A stretch of DNA of 64,000 nucleotides, from the NCBI GenBank assembly GCA_963733195.1, contig CAVTCR010000062.1, positions 320,001 to 384,000 of the forward strand, given 5' to 3'. Shown here piece after piece: positions 21,588 through 32,604 of this stretch (position 1 is the first letter of the stretch; every line of letters begins with the position of its first letter). The translations under genes were made by a program, and so were the position numbers. Origin of the DNA: an uncultured delta proteobacterium (GTDB lineage: Bacteria > Desulfobacterota > Binatia > Bin18). The notes below the pieces were generated by a model, which saw only the letters and a list, made by a program, of their open reading frames with translations, ran no database searches and was not told the DNA's origin.

Positions 21588-21865
21588 TTACTTGACTCTT
21601 TGTTGTTTCTTCCGCGTCCTCGCGACAGGTCTCCCCGCCCCCTGTTTGCGTTCTTTTCGTTCGGCTAGCAGCGACTCCCAGTCGATGAGGACCAGAGAGT
21701 CTTCGGGCGGGCTAGATTCGCAGTCGTAGCGATAAAGGAACTTACGAAAGTCCCATGTTGCCTCTGATAGGCACTGAGCCTCCGGTCGATTTCTCTGGGG
21801 GTAAGAACTGAGTAATTGATCCTGCGCTCACCCTCGGTTCCGCTAATGACCACAATACGACTCAT
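21588..21865 (-). CDS. Small hypothetical protein, possibly antitoxin-like (one frameshift)
   Basis: MSRIVVISGTEGERRINYSVLTPREIDRRLSAYQRQHGT joined to FRKFLYRYDCESSPPEDSLVLIDWESLLAERKERKQ...VK* (about 92 aa). Confidence 0.45.
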
Positions 21866-21948
21866 CGGATACTCTGTTCTTGAGACACCCCTCAATATCT
21901 CAGAATCAGCGTGAGCCAGCAAGCCTGACTCTGCGAAGATCTTTCTCA

Positions 21949-21978
21949 TTGACAACGGCAATGAGTCGGCAGGATAAT
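21949..21978 (+). promoter_or_regulatory. Sigma70-like promoter of cyclase copy 1
   Basis: TTGACA-N18-GATAAT; the same geometry occurs before all four paralogs. Confidence 0.7.
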
Positions 21979-21999
21979 CACCTGCAGAGAGGAGGAGCG

Positions 22000-24431
22000 A
22001 TGCCTGCCCAGACGCCCAGTCGGCATGGAGCGCAAGCTGGCGGCGATCTTCAGCACCGATGTCGCCGGCTACAGCCGCCTCATGGGGGACGATGAAGAAG
22101 CCACCATCCGCACCCTCACCGCCTATCGTGCACTGATCTCCTCTCTGATCCAGCAGTACCGTGGCCGCGTGGTCGATGCGCCCGGTGATAATCTGCTGGC
22201 CGAGTTCGCCAGTGTGGTCGATGCCGTGCGCTGCGCGGTCGAGATTCAGCACGAACTCAAAGTGAAGAACGCCGAGTTGCCTGAACATCGGCAGATGCAG
22301 TTTCGCATCGGCATCAACCTGGGCGATGTGATCGTCGAAGGCGAACGGCTCTACGGGGATGGGGTCAACATCGCCGCCCGGCTGGAAAGTTTGGCCGATT
22401 CCCGGCGGCATCTGCATCTCCGGCACGGTCTACGACCAAGTCGAGAACAAACTTGCGCTGAACTATGAGTATCAGGGCGAGCAGACGGTCAAGAACATCG
22501 CCAAGCCGGTGCGGACGTATCGGGTCGTGATGGATGAAGCCGCAGCAGCCCTGGTCGAGCAAGCCGTGCTTCGACAAGCTCAGCACGAACGGATACCGAC
22601 ACCGGGCACTCTGAGCCCTTCACAACTGTCCTGGAGCGAAGCTCGTAGGGCGGGCTTTGCCCGCCGAAAATGGACGATGGTGGCTGTGGCTGGCCTGCTG
22701 CTCATCGCGGCAGCAATCGTCGCTGTCCGCTATTTTTCCTTCTCCACCCCTAACCCCCAACCCCCAACCCCTAGCACCCAGAGCCGCGCCTGCGGCGCTT
22801 GCCGCTGCCCGACAAACCCTCCACTCGTCGTCCTGCCCTTCGTCAACATGAGCAAAGACCCCGACCAAGAGTACTTCAGCGACGGCCTCACCGAAGTGCT
22901 CACCGGCGATCTCTCCAAGATCTCCAGCCTGTTTGTCATCGCCCGCAACTCCGCCTTCACCTACAAAGGCAAGGCGGTGAAGGTGCAAGACGTGGGACGG
23001 AGATGGGCGTGCGCTACGTGCTGGAAGGCAGTGTGCAGAAAGCTGACCAGCAGGTGCGGATCACCGCGCAGTTGATCGAGGCGACGACCGGCTATCACCT
23101 GTGGTCCGAGCAGTATGACCGGCCACTCAAGGATATCTTTGCCCTGCAAGACGAGATCGTGCAGAAGATCGTGACGACGCTGAAGCTGCAGCTCACGTTG
23201 CAGGAGCAAGGGTACATCGTGCGCAAACACACGGACAACCTGGAGGCCTATGATGCCTTCTTGCGCGGGGTGGAGTATTTTTGCCGCTTCACGAAAGAGG
23301 CCAATGCCCAGGCGCGGCAGACTGTTTGAGAAAGCCATTGCCCTGGACCCGCAGTATGCGGAGGCGTACGCGTGGCTGGGTGGACCTACTGGCTGGAGTG
23401 GGTCTTGCGCTGGAGTGCGGACCCCCAGACCCTGGAGCGGGCGTTGGCGCTGGCGCAACAGGCCGTTGCCCTGGACGACTCCCTGCCTGTGGCCCATTCG
23501 CTCTTGAGCAATGTCTATGCGCAGAAACAGCAGTATGACCAAGCCATCGCGGAAGGGGAACGGGCGATCGCCCTCGATCCCAACAATGCCGACAGCTATG
23601 CATGGCAGGCGGAGGTGCTGAACTTCGCGGGCAGGCCAGAAGAAGCCCTGCGGATGGTGGAGCAGGCGATGCGGCTCAACCCCCGCTATCCGCCCTGGTA
23701 CTTATTCGAATTGGGCTGGGCCTACCGCTTGACCGGGCGGTATGCCGAGGCGATCGCCGCGCTGAAGGAAGCTCATCAGCCGGAACCCCAATTTTCTGGC
23801 TGCCCACCTTCACCTGGCTGTCAGCTACTTGTGGCAGTGGGTCTCTCAACAGAGCCCGGCTGCCCAGACGTTGGAGCCGGCAGTGGCGGCGGTGCAACGG
23901 GCCCTGGCCCTCAATGACTCCTTACACTGGAACCACATAGTCTTGGGCTATATCTATCTCTACCAACAGCAGTATGAGCAGGCCCTGGCGGAGATGGAGC
24001 GGGCCGTGGCCCTCGCTCCTACCGAGGCGGGGAGCTATGCGGCTCTGGCTGAGGTGCTGAGCTGTGTGGGCAGGACGGAGGACGCCCTGGAGGCCGCCGC
24101 ACAGGCGCTGCGCCTGAAGCCCGTATGTTGCGGACGACCACTTAGACAGCGTCGGCACTGCCTATGCGGTGGCCGGGCGCTACGAGGAGGCGCATTGCCC
24201 CCTTGCAGCGAATATCTCAGCCGCTACCCCAACATTCTGCCTGCCCATCTCATGCTGGCAGCGGTCTACAGCGAGTTAGGCCAAGCCGCCGAGGCGCGGG
24301 CGGAGGCCGCGGAAGTGCTGCGGCTCAATCCCAAGTTCTCACTGGAAGTTCACAAGCAGCGAATGCCGATCAAAGATCCAGCGGTGTTGGAGCGGCATAT
24401 TGCGGCGTTGCGCAAGGCGGGGCTCAAATAA
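22000..24431 (+). CDS. Class III nucleotidyl cyclase - TM - TolB-like - TPR protein, copy 1 (multiple frameshifts)
   Basis: [36 protein letters not shown], hydrophobic helix, [28 protein letters not shown] repeats and C-terminal LRKAGLK. Confidence 0.88.
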
Positions 24432-24495
24432 TGAAGAATGATGAATGAAGAATGAAGAATGAAAAATGATGAATGAGCGATAATGAATGCTGAGG
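24430..24495 (+). repeat. (TGAAGAA)n heptamer tract after cyclase copy 1
   Basis: tgaagaa tgatgaa tgaagaa tgaagaa tgaaaaa tgatgaa tgagcga taatgaa. Confidence 0.85.
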
Positions 24496-24598
24496 AAAGG
24501 CAAGATTCCTACAAGTCAAAGGGATAGAACCTCATTGACGCCAATAGTCTGGTTTGGGACGATGGTGCGAGCGCCTTTTCTATGGAGCGTCACGTTTA

Positions 24599-24880
24599 AT
24601 GCAAAAGAAATCTGAACAGCGAAAAGAAATAGGGAAATACATTGTCGCCGATCCTCGGATTTGTCATGGAGAACCCACCTTTCAGGGGACACGGAAGCTT
24701 GTCCGCGACTGTATCGAGATGGCAGCGAACGGCCTGACGATCGACGAACTCGCTAGCCGCGCCAACCTCCCTCGCGAGGCTATTGTTGAAGCTCTGCATT
24801 TTGCGGCGGACGTCTTGCAGCGCCATTATACTGACCGCTCTGTTGCTCCTTCTCGCGCCCGAGAACAGCTGAGCGCCTGA
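24599..24880 (+). CDS. DUF433 family protein (putative antitoxin)
   Basis: IVADPRICHGEPTFQGTR...GLTIDEL...LPREAIVEALHFA. Confidence 0.85.
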   Translation: MQKKSEQRKEIGKYIVADPRICHGEPTFQGTRKLVRDCIEMAANGLTIDELASRANLPREAIVEALHFAADVLQRHYTDRSVAPSRAREQLSA

Positions 24881-24882
24881 GC

Positions 24883-25269
24883 ATGAGCCGCCACGTTCTT
24901 GATGAACTCTTTGATGAGTCCATCTATGAACAATTAAAGGCTCGACGAATTGCCATTGATAAGGTCGGAGCAGGATTCGGAAGAACTGGTTGGTTAGATG
25001 AACATATCCTGCAAGCCCTTCATGGCAGCGGAAAGACGTTGCATACCCGAGATCGTGGCTTCTACCGCCGCTCTCGTGCTCATCCCTCTTACTGTGTTGT
25101 GTACTATGATGTTCCTCTCGCGGAAATGGTTGCCTCTATTCGCCGTTTTCTCCGACACCCTCAGTTCAATACGCATGCGAAGCGATTAGGAAAGGTAATT
25201 AAAGTCACAGGTCAACGTATTGAGTTCTGGCAGCGAGATCGCTCCACGAAATCAGTGCTTCGTTGGTAG
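24883..25269 (+). CDS. PIN-like putative toxin (DUF5615/VapC45-like)
   Basis: N-terminal VLDE, middle WLDEHI and LHTRDRGF acidic PIN-type motifs; starts 2 nt after the DUF433 gene. Confidence 0.7.
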   Translation: MSRHVLDELFDESIYEQLKARRIAIDKVGAGFGRTGWLDEHILQALHGSGKTLHTRDRGFYRRSRAHPSYCVVYYDVPLAEMVASIRRFLRHPQFNTHAKRLGKVIKVTGQRIEFWQRDRSTKSVLRW

Positions 25270-25395
25270 AGGAAAGCTAGGAACGGCCTGCGGCCTTATC
25301 CCGGCCTACGGCCTGGTGCGCCACAAGCAGCAAGCTACTCGTGCATTTGCTTAAGCACCGACAAACAAATCATCAGAGCGCTCGGCGCAGAACCG

Positions 25396-25425
25396 TTGAC
25401 AAGTAGGAGGAAACGAAAGGATAAT
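25396..25425 (+). promoter_or_regulatory. Sigma70-like promoter of cyclase copy 2
   Basis: TTGACA-N18-GATAAT. Confidence 0.7.
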
Positions 25426-25445
25426 ACCCCGATAAGGGGGCGTTG

Positions 25446-27861
25446 ATGTCCACTCACACCTCTACAGTCGGCATGTCGCGCAAGCTGGCGGCGATCTTCA
25501 GCACCGATGTCGCGGGCTACAGCCGTCTCATGGGGGACGATGAAGAAGCGACTATCCGTACCCTCACGGCCTATCGTGAAGTGATCTCCTCTCTGATCCA
25601 ACACTACCGGGGCCGCGTGGTCGATTCTCCCGGTGATAATCTGCTGGCCGAGTTTGCCAGTGTGGTCGATGCCGTGCGTTGCGCGGTTGAGATTCAGCAA
25701 GAACTCAAGAGTCAAGAACGCCGAGTTACCTGACCACCGGCAGATGCAGTTTCGCATTGGCATCAACCTGGGCGATGTGATTGTCGAAGGCGAGCGACTC
25801 TATGGCGATGGCGTCAACATCGCCGCGCGGCTGGAAAGTCTAGCGATCCCGGTGGGATCTGCATCTCCGGCACGGTCTACGACCAAGTCGAGAACAAACT
25901 GCCGCTCAACTACGAATATCAGGGTGAGCAGACGGTGAAGAACATTGCCAAGCCGGTGCGGGTGTATCGGGTGGTGATGGACGAAGCCGAAGCACCCTAG
26001 CAGAGCGATTCGGCAAGTCAAAAGGCAAAGAGCGTCAGACAACAGTCCAGTGCAGACCCAAGCCTCAAGAGCGTAGGGCGGGCTTTGCCGCGCCGAAAAG
26101 GGTACGATGGTGGCAGTGGCGGCTGCTGCTCATCGCGGCGCATATCGTGACTGTTCGGTATTCTTTCTCCGTCCCCTACTCAGTCCTCAGCCCTCAGTCA
26201 CTCAGTTACTCAGAGCCGCAGCCGCGGCGCTTCCGCTACCCGACAAACCCTCCATCGTCGTCTTGCCCTTCGTCAACATGAGCAAAGACCCTGACCAAGA
26301 GTACTTCAGCGATGGCCTCACCGAAGTGCTGACCGGCGATCTCTCCAGCATTTCCAGTCTCTTTGTCATCGCCCGCAACTCCGCCTTCACTTACAAAGGC
26401 AAGGCGGTGAAATGCAAGACATCAGGAAAGAGCTGGGCGTGCGCTATGTGCTCGAAGGCAGCGTGCAGAAGGCCGGCCAGCAGGTGCGCATCGTCGCACA
26501 GTTGATCGACACGACGACAGACAGTCACCTGTGGTCCGAGCGGTACGATCGGCCATTCAAAGATATCTTTGCCCTGCAAGACGAGATCGTGCAGAAGATC
26601 GTGACCACGCTGAAACTGCAACTCACCTTGCAGGAGCAAGGGTACATGCGTGCGCAAACATACGGACAACTTGGAAGCTTACGATGCCTTCTTGCGTGGG
26701 ATGGAGTATTTTCTGCCGCACCACGAAAGAGGCCAATATCCAGGCGCGGCAGATGTTTGAGAAAGCTATTGCCCTGGACCCACAGTATGCCGAGGCGTAC
26801 GCGGTGCTGGGTTGGACCTACTGGCAGGAGTGGGTCTTGCGCTGGAGTGCAGATCCTCAGAACTTAGAGCGAGCGTTAGCGCTGGCGCAACAGGCTATTG
26901 CCCTAGACGACTCCCTGCCTGGAGCCCATTCGGCTCTTGAGCTAATGTCTATAGGCGAAACAGCAGTATGACCAGGCCATCGCAGAAGGGGAACGGGCCA
27001 TCGCCCTCGATCCCAACAATGCCGACAGCTATGCAAGTCAGGCGACTGGCGCTGAACTTCGCGGGCCGGCCCGAAGAAGCCCTGCGGGCGGTGGAGCAGG
27101 CGATGCGTCTCAATCCCCGCTATCCGCTTCTGGTACTTATTCGACATGGGCTTGCCTACCGCTTGACCGGGCGGTATTCCAAGGCGATCGCCACCCTGAA
27201 GGAAGCCATCAGCCGGAACCCCAATTTTATGCCTGCCCACACTAACCTGGCTGGCCAGCTACTGGTTGCAGTGGCTCTCTCAACAAAGCCCCGCTGCCCA
27301 GACGTTGGAGCTGGCTGGAGGCGGTCGCAACGGGCCCTGGCCCTCAATGACTCCTGGTACTGGGTCCACATATTCTTAGGCTATCTATCTCTGTACCAGC
27401 AGCAGTATGAACAGGCGCTGGCGGAAATGGAGCGGGCTGTAGCCCTCGCTCCTACCGAGGCAGAGAGCTATGCGGCGCTGGCGGAGGTGCTGAGCCGTAT
27501 GGGCAGGACGGAGGACGCCCTGGAGGCTGCAGCACAAGCGCTGCGCCTGAAGAACGAGTTTGCGGACGATCACTTAGGCAGCGTCGGCACCGCCTATGCG
27601 GTGTCCGGGCGCTATGACGAGGCGCGAGCCCCCTTGCAGCGCTATCTCAGCCGCTACCCCAACATACTGCATATTCACCTCATGCTGGCAGTGGTCTACA
27701 GCGAGTTAGGCCAAGCCGCCGAGGCGCGGGCGGAGGTTGCCGAAGTCCTGCGGCTCAATCCCAAGTTCTCACTGGAAGTGCACAAGCAGCGAATGCCGAT
27801 CAAAGATCCAGCCGTGTTAGAGCGGCATATTGCGGCGTTACGTAAGGCGGGGCTCAAATGA
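25446..27861 (+). CDS. Class III nucleotidyl cyclase - TM - TolB-like - TPR protein, copy 2 (multiple frameshifts)
   Basis: Same motifs as copy 1, with long near-identical DNA stretches. Confidence 0.88.
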
Positions 27862-27928
27862 ATGAAGAATGAAGAGTAAAAAGTGAAGAGTGAAGAATGC
27901 TGAATGAAGAGTGAGGAATGATAAATGA
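27859..27928 (+). repeat. (TGAAGAR)n heptamer tract after cyclase copy 2
   Basis: tgaatgaagaa tgaagag taaaaag tgaagag tgaagaa tgctgaa tgaagag tgaggaa tgataaa. Confidence 0.85.
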
Positions 27929-27988
27929 GGGCGGAGGAGCGGGTGTCTGAGTGCGCGAAATTGGTTGAGAATACGGAGCGACGCGCTA

Positions 27989-28274
27989 CTATTTGAAGGA
28001 GCACCTCTCGCATACGCTCATAAACCGTGACGCCTGTGACCCCAGAAAGATGACAGTGATGCTTGCCTGCATCCATCTGGTAAATAACACGGTAATGGGA
28101 GACGCGGAGCGACCAGAGGCCGGCCAGTTCTTCTATGCGAGCGGTTTGCCTATTCACCGGATGACTTGCCAGGTCATCGAGCGCCTGACGGATCGAGCGC
28201 TTTAAGTCCGGATGCAGATGGCGAAGAAGCTGTTCGAGCGAGTTGTCGTAAGAAAAACAGGAACGCGTTCTCAT
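27989..28274 (-). CDS. RelE/ParE family toxin (indels)
   Basis: LRHLHPDLKRSIRQALDDLASHP...EELAGLWSLRVSHYRVIY; the ATG overlaps the antitoxin TGA. Confidence 0.8.
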
Positions 28275-28535
28275 TCTTTGAAAGCGTCTTCAAGACGAAC
28301 GACTCGACCAGCTTTCACATCTTGCAGTCCTGCTTTGATACCACGCAGCATTTTGGTGTCCGCCAGGATTTCAATGGTTTCTAACAACCCAGCGAAATCC
28401 TCGTAGCTGAGCAATACCGCCTTTGGCAGCCCATTTTGGTGAGCACAACTTCTCGCGGCTTTCTTCTACTTGACGGAGTAATTCGAGGAGTCTGGTTTTT
28501 GCTGATGAGATAGGGACATGCTTTTCGATCATCAT
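28271..28535 (-). CDS. Phd/YefM family antitoxin (indels)
   Basis: Manual translation: MIEKHVPISSAKTRLLELLRQVEE...VVLTK.G.PKAVLLSYEDFAGLLETIEILADTKMLRGIKAGLQDVKAGRVVRLEDAFKE*. Confidence 0.82.
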
Positions 28536-28603
28536 GAAGCTACTCTAGAAAAAGGGCGGCATTTTGTCCACCACGCATGACAACTCTACGATTCCTCGCA
28601 CGA

Positions 28604-28633
28604 TTGACAACTGTGAGGCGCCAGCCGGATAAT
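28604..28633 (+). promoter_or_regulatory. Sigma70-like promoter of cyclase copy 3
   Basis: TTGACA-N18-GATAAT. Confidence 0.7.
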
Positions 28634-28655
28634 CCCCTGCCAGAGAGGAGAAGCG

Positions 28656-30659
28656 ATGGCTGACCAGACGCCCGCAGTCGGGATGGAACGCAAGCTGGCG
28701 GCGATCTTCAGCACCGATGTCGCGGGCTACAGCCGCCTCATGGGCGACGATGAAGAAGCCACCATCCGTACCCTCACCGCTTATCGTGCACTGATCTCTT
28801 CTCTGATCCAACACCACCGTGGCCGCGTGGTCGATGCGCCGGGTGATAATCTTGCTGGCCGAGTTTGCCAGTGTGGTCGATGCCGTGCGCTGCGCGGTTG
28901 AGATTCAGCACGAACTCAAAGAGAAGAACGCCGAGTTACCTGATCACCGGCAGATGCAGTTTCGTATCGGCATTAATCTGGGCGATGTGATCGTCGAAGG
29001 CGATCGACTCTATGGCGATGGGGTCAACATCGCCGCGCGGTTGGAAAGTCTGGCGATCCCTGGTGGGATCTGTATCTCCGGCACGGTCTATGACCAAGTC
29101 GAGACCAAACTGCCTCTGAATACGAATATCAAGGCGAGCAGACAGTGAAGAACATCGCCAAGCCGGTGCGGGTCGTATCGGGTGGTGATGGACGAAGCCG
29201 AAGCCAACAGTCAGAGAATCGGCAAATCAAAAGGTCAAGAAGGTAAAAGCTTGTCCTGCCTGCGCCAGGCCGCAGGCCGTGAGCGGAGTCGAAGGGTCAA
29301 AAGTTGAGACGTAGGGCGGGCTTTGCCCGCCGCAAAGGGGCGATGGTGGCTGTGGCTGGACTGTTGCTGCTTGCAGGAGCAATCGTCACCGCCCGTTATT
29401 TCTCTTTTCCACTCTTCACTCATCACTCTTCACTCATCACTGAGGAGGCGCAGCCTCCGTCGCTGCCGTTGCCCGACAAACCTTCCATAGTCGTGCTGCC
29501 CTTCACCAACATGAGTGACGACCCCGAACAAGAATATTTCAGCGACGGCATCACAGACAACCTCACCACTGACCTCTCGAAGATCTCCGGCCTGTTCGTC
29601 ATCGCCCGCAATTCCGCTTTCACCTACAAGGGCAAAGCGGTGAAGGTGCAAGACGTCGGGCGGGAGCTGGGAGTGCGCTACGTGTTGGAGGGCAGCGTAC
29701 AGAAAGCTGACAATCGGGTGCGGATTACCGCCCAGTTGATCGAGGCGACGACCGGTGGGCATCTGTGGTCCGAGCGATATGACCGGGCGCTCAAGGATAT
29801 TTTTGCTCTGCAAGATGAGGTCATCCAGAAGATAGTCGTAGCGCTGAAGGTCAGCTGACGCAGGGGGAGCAAGAGCGATCTGTGCGCAGAACACACGGAC
29901 AACCTCGAAGCCTATGACTACTTCTTGCGCGGGAGGACATATTATTTGCGGATACACCAAAGAGGCCAATGCCCAGGCACGGCAGATGTTCGAGAGAGCC
30001 ATTGCGCTGGACCCGGAGTATGCCGAGGCGTACGCATTCCTGAGCTTTGACCTACTGGATAGAGTGGATCTGGCAATGGAGTCAGAATTCTCCGCAATCG
30101 CTGGAGCGATTTACTGAACTGGCGCATCAGGCCATTGCCTTGGATGATTCCCTGCCTCTCTCCCACGTTGTCTTGGGCTATGTCTATCTGTGGAAAGACC
30201 GACAGTATGAGCAGGCCATCGCCGAGTTACAGAAGGCTGTGAGCCTGGCTCCCAACGATGCCGATGTGTATTGGGCGCTGGCAGAGGGGCTTAATATGGC
30301 AGGGCGTCATGCGGAAGCCTTGGAGCCGATCCAAAAGGCGATGCGCCTCAATCCCCATTATCCAGCCAACTACCCATTCAATTTGGGATGGGCTTATCAG
30401 GAGACAGGGCAGATCGAGGAAGCGATTGCTGCGTACAAGAGAGCGGTCAACCTCAACCCCGATTTTCTCGCCAGCCACCCAGTTGGCTGCGCTCTATAGT
30501 GAGTTAGGCCGAGAAGAGGAGGCGCGGGCGGAGGCGGCAGAAATTCTGCAGATAAGTCCCAATTTCTCAGTGGAGGAGTATCAGGCAGAACAATCCCTAT
30601 ACAGACCAAGCACGGGTAGAGCGCTTCGAGCTGACCTGCGCAAGGCGGGGCTCAAATAA
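28656..30659 (+). CDS. Class III nucleotidyl cyclase - TM - TolB-like - TPR protein, copy 3 (shorter TPR region, frameshifts)
   Basis: Same N-terminal motifs; about 400 bp shorter than the other copies; ends DLRKAGLK. Confidence 0.88.
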
Positions 30660-30821
30660 TGCAGAATGATAAAAATGAAGAGTGAAGAATGAAGAACGGG
30701 TGCCGAGTAGGCTATTGATTTCTCTTTCGTCGGCTATTGATCGCTGTTCATACCATGGCAGATTTTTGAGCGCATGAGAATAGGATTTCGCTGGATACAA
30801 GATAGTCCGTTTTGAAGCCTT

Positions 30822-31397
30822 TTATGCTTCAAAATCGACCTTGGCGTAGATTTCAGACAAAGCGATCTCGCATCCGATAGCTCGTAAGGCAATGAACGCA
30901 TCAAGGCCGGATGTGTCTGATAAGAGCCATGAGACGTCAGAGTGTCGAACATAATGCACGATATGAGCTTTTTCTTGAGACACGAGCAAATACTCTTGTA
31001 GCGAGGGAATAGTGCGATAGTGCTCGAGCTTTCGTCCGCGATCATAGTCTTCAGTAGACTGAGAAAGCACTTCGACAAGAATAGTCGGATTAAGGAGGGT
31101 GTCTCCCATCGTGTCTTCAAACTCGGGCTCTCCACATACCACAACTACATCAGGATAGGTGTAGAGCCCCGTCGGACTGACTTTCACTCGCATGTCACTC
31201 GTGTAGACTTCACAGGGTCGATGACGGAGTTGTGCACGCAGTTCTGCGCCAAGGTTGAGAGAGATGAGGTTGTGCCGCCGACTTGCACCGGACATGGCAA
31301 ACATCTCTCCAGCAAAGTATTCGCTTTTACCTGGTGCCTCTCGCTCCAAGGCGAGATAGGCTTCGGGTGTCAGCAACTCTTTTTTTTGTACTGACAT
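30822..31397 (-). CDS. Uma2 (DUF820) PD-(D/E)xK family endonuclease
   Basis: LTPEAYLALE, SEYFAGEMFAMSGASRRHN, YPDVVVVC, LVEVLSQSTEDYDRGRK and IPSLQEYLLVSQ. Confidence 0.92.
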   Translation of the reverse strand: MSVQKKELLTPEAYLALEREAPGKSEYFAGEMFAMSGASRRHNLISLNLGAELRAQLRHRPCEVYTSDMRVKVSPTGLYTYPDVVVVCGEPEFEDTMGDTLLNPTILVEVLSQSTEDYDRGRKLEHYRTIPSLQEYLLVSQEKAHIVHYVRHSDVSWLLSDTSGLDAFIALRAIGCEIALSEIYAKVDFEA

Positions 31398-31434
31398 AGA
31401 CAACTCCAGTGAAGCAAACAGCTAACATCTGCCG

Positions 31435-32490
31435 TCATGGTCGAATCTCGTAAAACGCCTGCGCCAGATGTTCGATCGGTAAGCGACGGATACGAGTGAA
31501 GCCGGCTTGCTCCGCGAGTTCACGAATTTTCGTTGGTCCGATTGCGGTGCCAATCCCCTCTCCCCCATGCGCCAAAGAGACAGTCATGCAGTGTAACGTA
31601 CTCATCGAGTACATCATCGCACCCATGGGTCCCATGTTCTCAGCAAGCGTATCTCCAGCTCGCGGCTCAACCATAAAGTAGGTACCGTCATCAGCGAGGG
31701 CTCGACGGATGGAGCGCAGCACGCCACGAGGATCAACCATATCGTGGATCGCGTCAAAGGAGGTGATGACATCGAACTTCGGATTATCCGGCAGTGCTGT
31801 TGCTGAGGCGCGCTGAAATTCGACACGGTCAGCGACACCCTTGCGTTGCGCATCAGAGCGCGCCCGTGCAAGCGATTCCTCACTGACATCAAAACCGTAA
31901 AAGCGTGACTGCGGAAACGCCTGTGCCATGAGAATACTCGGATATCCACTGCCACAGCCGACATCTGCAGCTATCCCACCTTCTTGTAAGCGTGTCATGA
32001 CTTGCGGCATCGCTGGCAGCCAGCGTTTCATCAGATGAAATTGATACTGGGCACGATTACTGCGGTCGATTCCAGCTACTAGGTCTGGGCCATACTCAGA
32101 AAACGGTACCCCTCCACCTTTGACAAATGCTTCGGCAACACGCGGAGCAACATTGATCATCGTCGGGGTGTTCTGGAAAAATCCAGCCAGAAAACTCGGG
32201 CTGTTCTCGTCGGCTAATACCGCTGCGTGTTCTTCAGGAAAAGTAAAACGTTCAGTTGCAGGGTCATAATCGACGATTCCTGCTGCTGCCATCGCCGAAA
32301 GCCATTCACGTACGTAGCGTTCCTGTAAGCCAGCTTTTGCCGCCAGTTCCGCTACTGAGACCGGCCCTGCGCCTGCCATTGCTTTGAACAATCCGACCCG
32401 ATCTCCGATGTAGATCATGCCTGAGAGGGCAGCACCAGTAACGTACCCCATCATCTGATTAACGAACTGTTCGCGCTTACTTTTGTCCAT
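31435..32490 (-). CDS. Class I SAM-dependent methyltransferase with N-terminal winged helix (Rv2258c-like)
   Basis: GDRVGLF...ERYVREWL, ADVGCGSG and FDAIHDM. Confidence 0.88.
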   Translation of the reverse strand: MDKSKREQFVNQMMGYVTGAALSGMIYIGDRVGLFKAMAGAGPVSVAELAAKAGLQERYVREWLSAMAAAGIVDYDPATERFTFPEEHAAVLADENSPSFLAGFFQNTPTMINVAPRVAEAFVKGGGVPFSEYGPDLVAGIDRSNRAQYQFHLMKRWLPAMPQVMTRLQEGGIAADVGCGSGYPSILMAQAFPQSRFYGFDVSEESLARARSDAQRKGVADRVEFQRASATALPDNPKFDVITSFDAIHDMVDPRGVLRSIRRALADDGTYFMVEPRAGDTLAENMGPMGAMMYSMSTLHCMTVSLAHGGEGIGTAIGPTKIRELAEQAGFTRIRRLPIEHLAQAFYEIRP

Positions 32491-32604
32491 AGTCGTATCT
32501 CCTCTTGTTCGAGAGAACGCTGCCATAGGAAGCAGATGAAAACAACGGGGCTGATTCCCATCAAGCTTTCCCCTCTCCCCGCCGATCCTTATAATAGGGG
32601 ATAT

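Noticed and set aside
21665-22426. 253-aa minus-strand ORF and similar antisense ORFs at 25335-25766, 28545-28817 and 34288-34539
   Set aside because: These are shadows of the cyclase domains. Only the distal part of the first (from 21865) looks independently coding.
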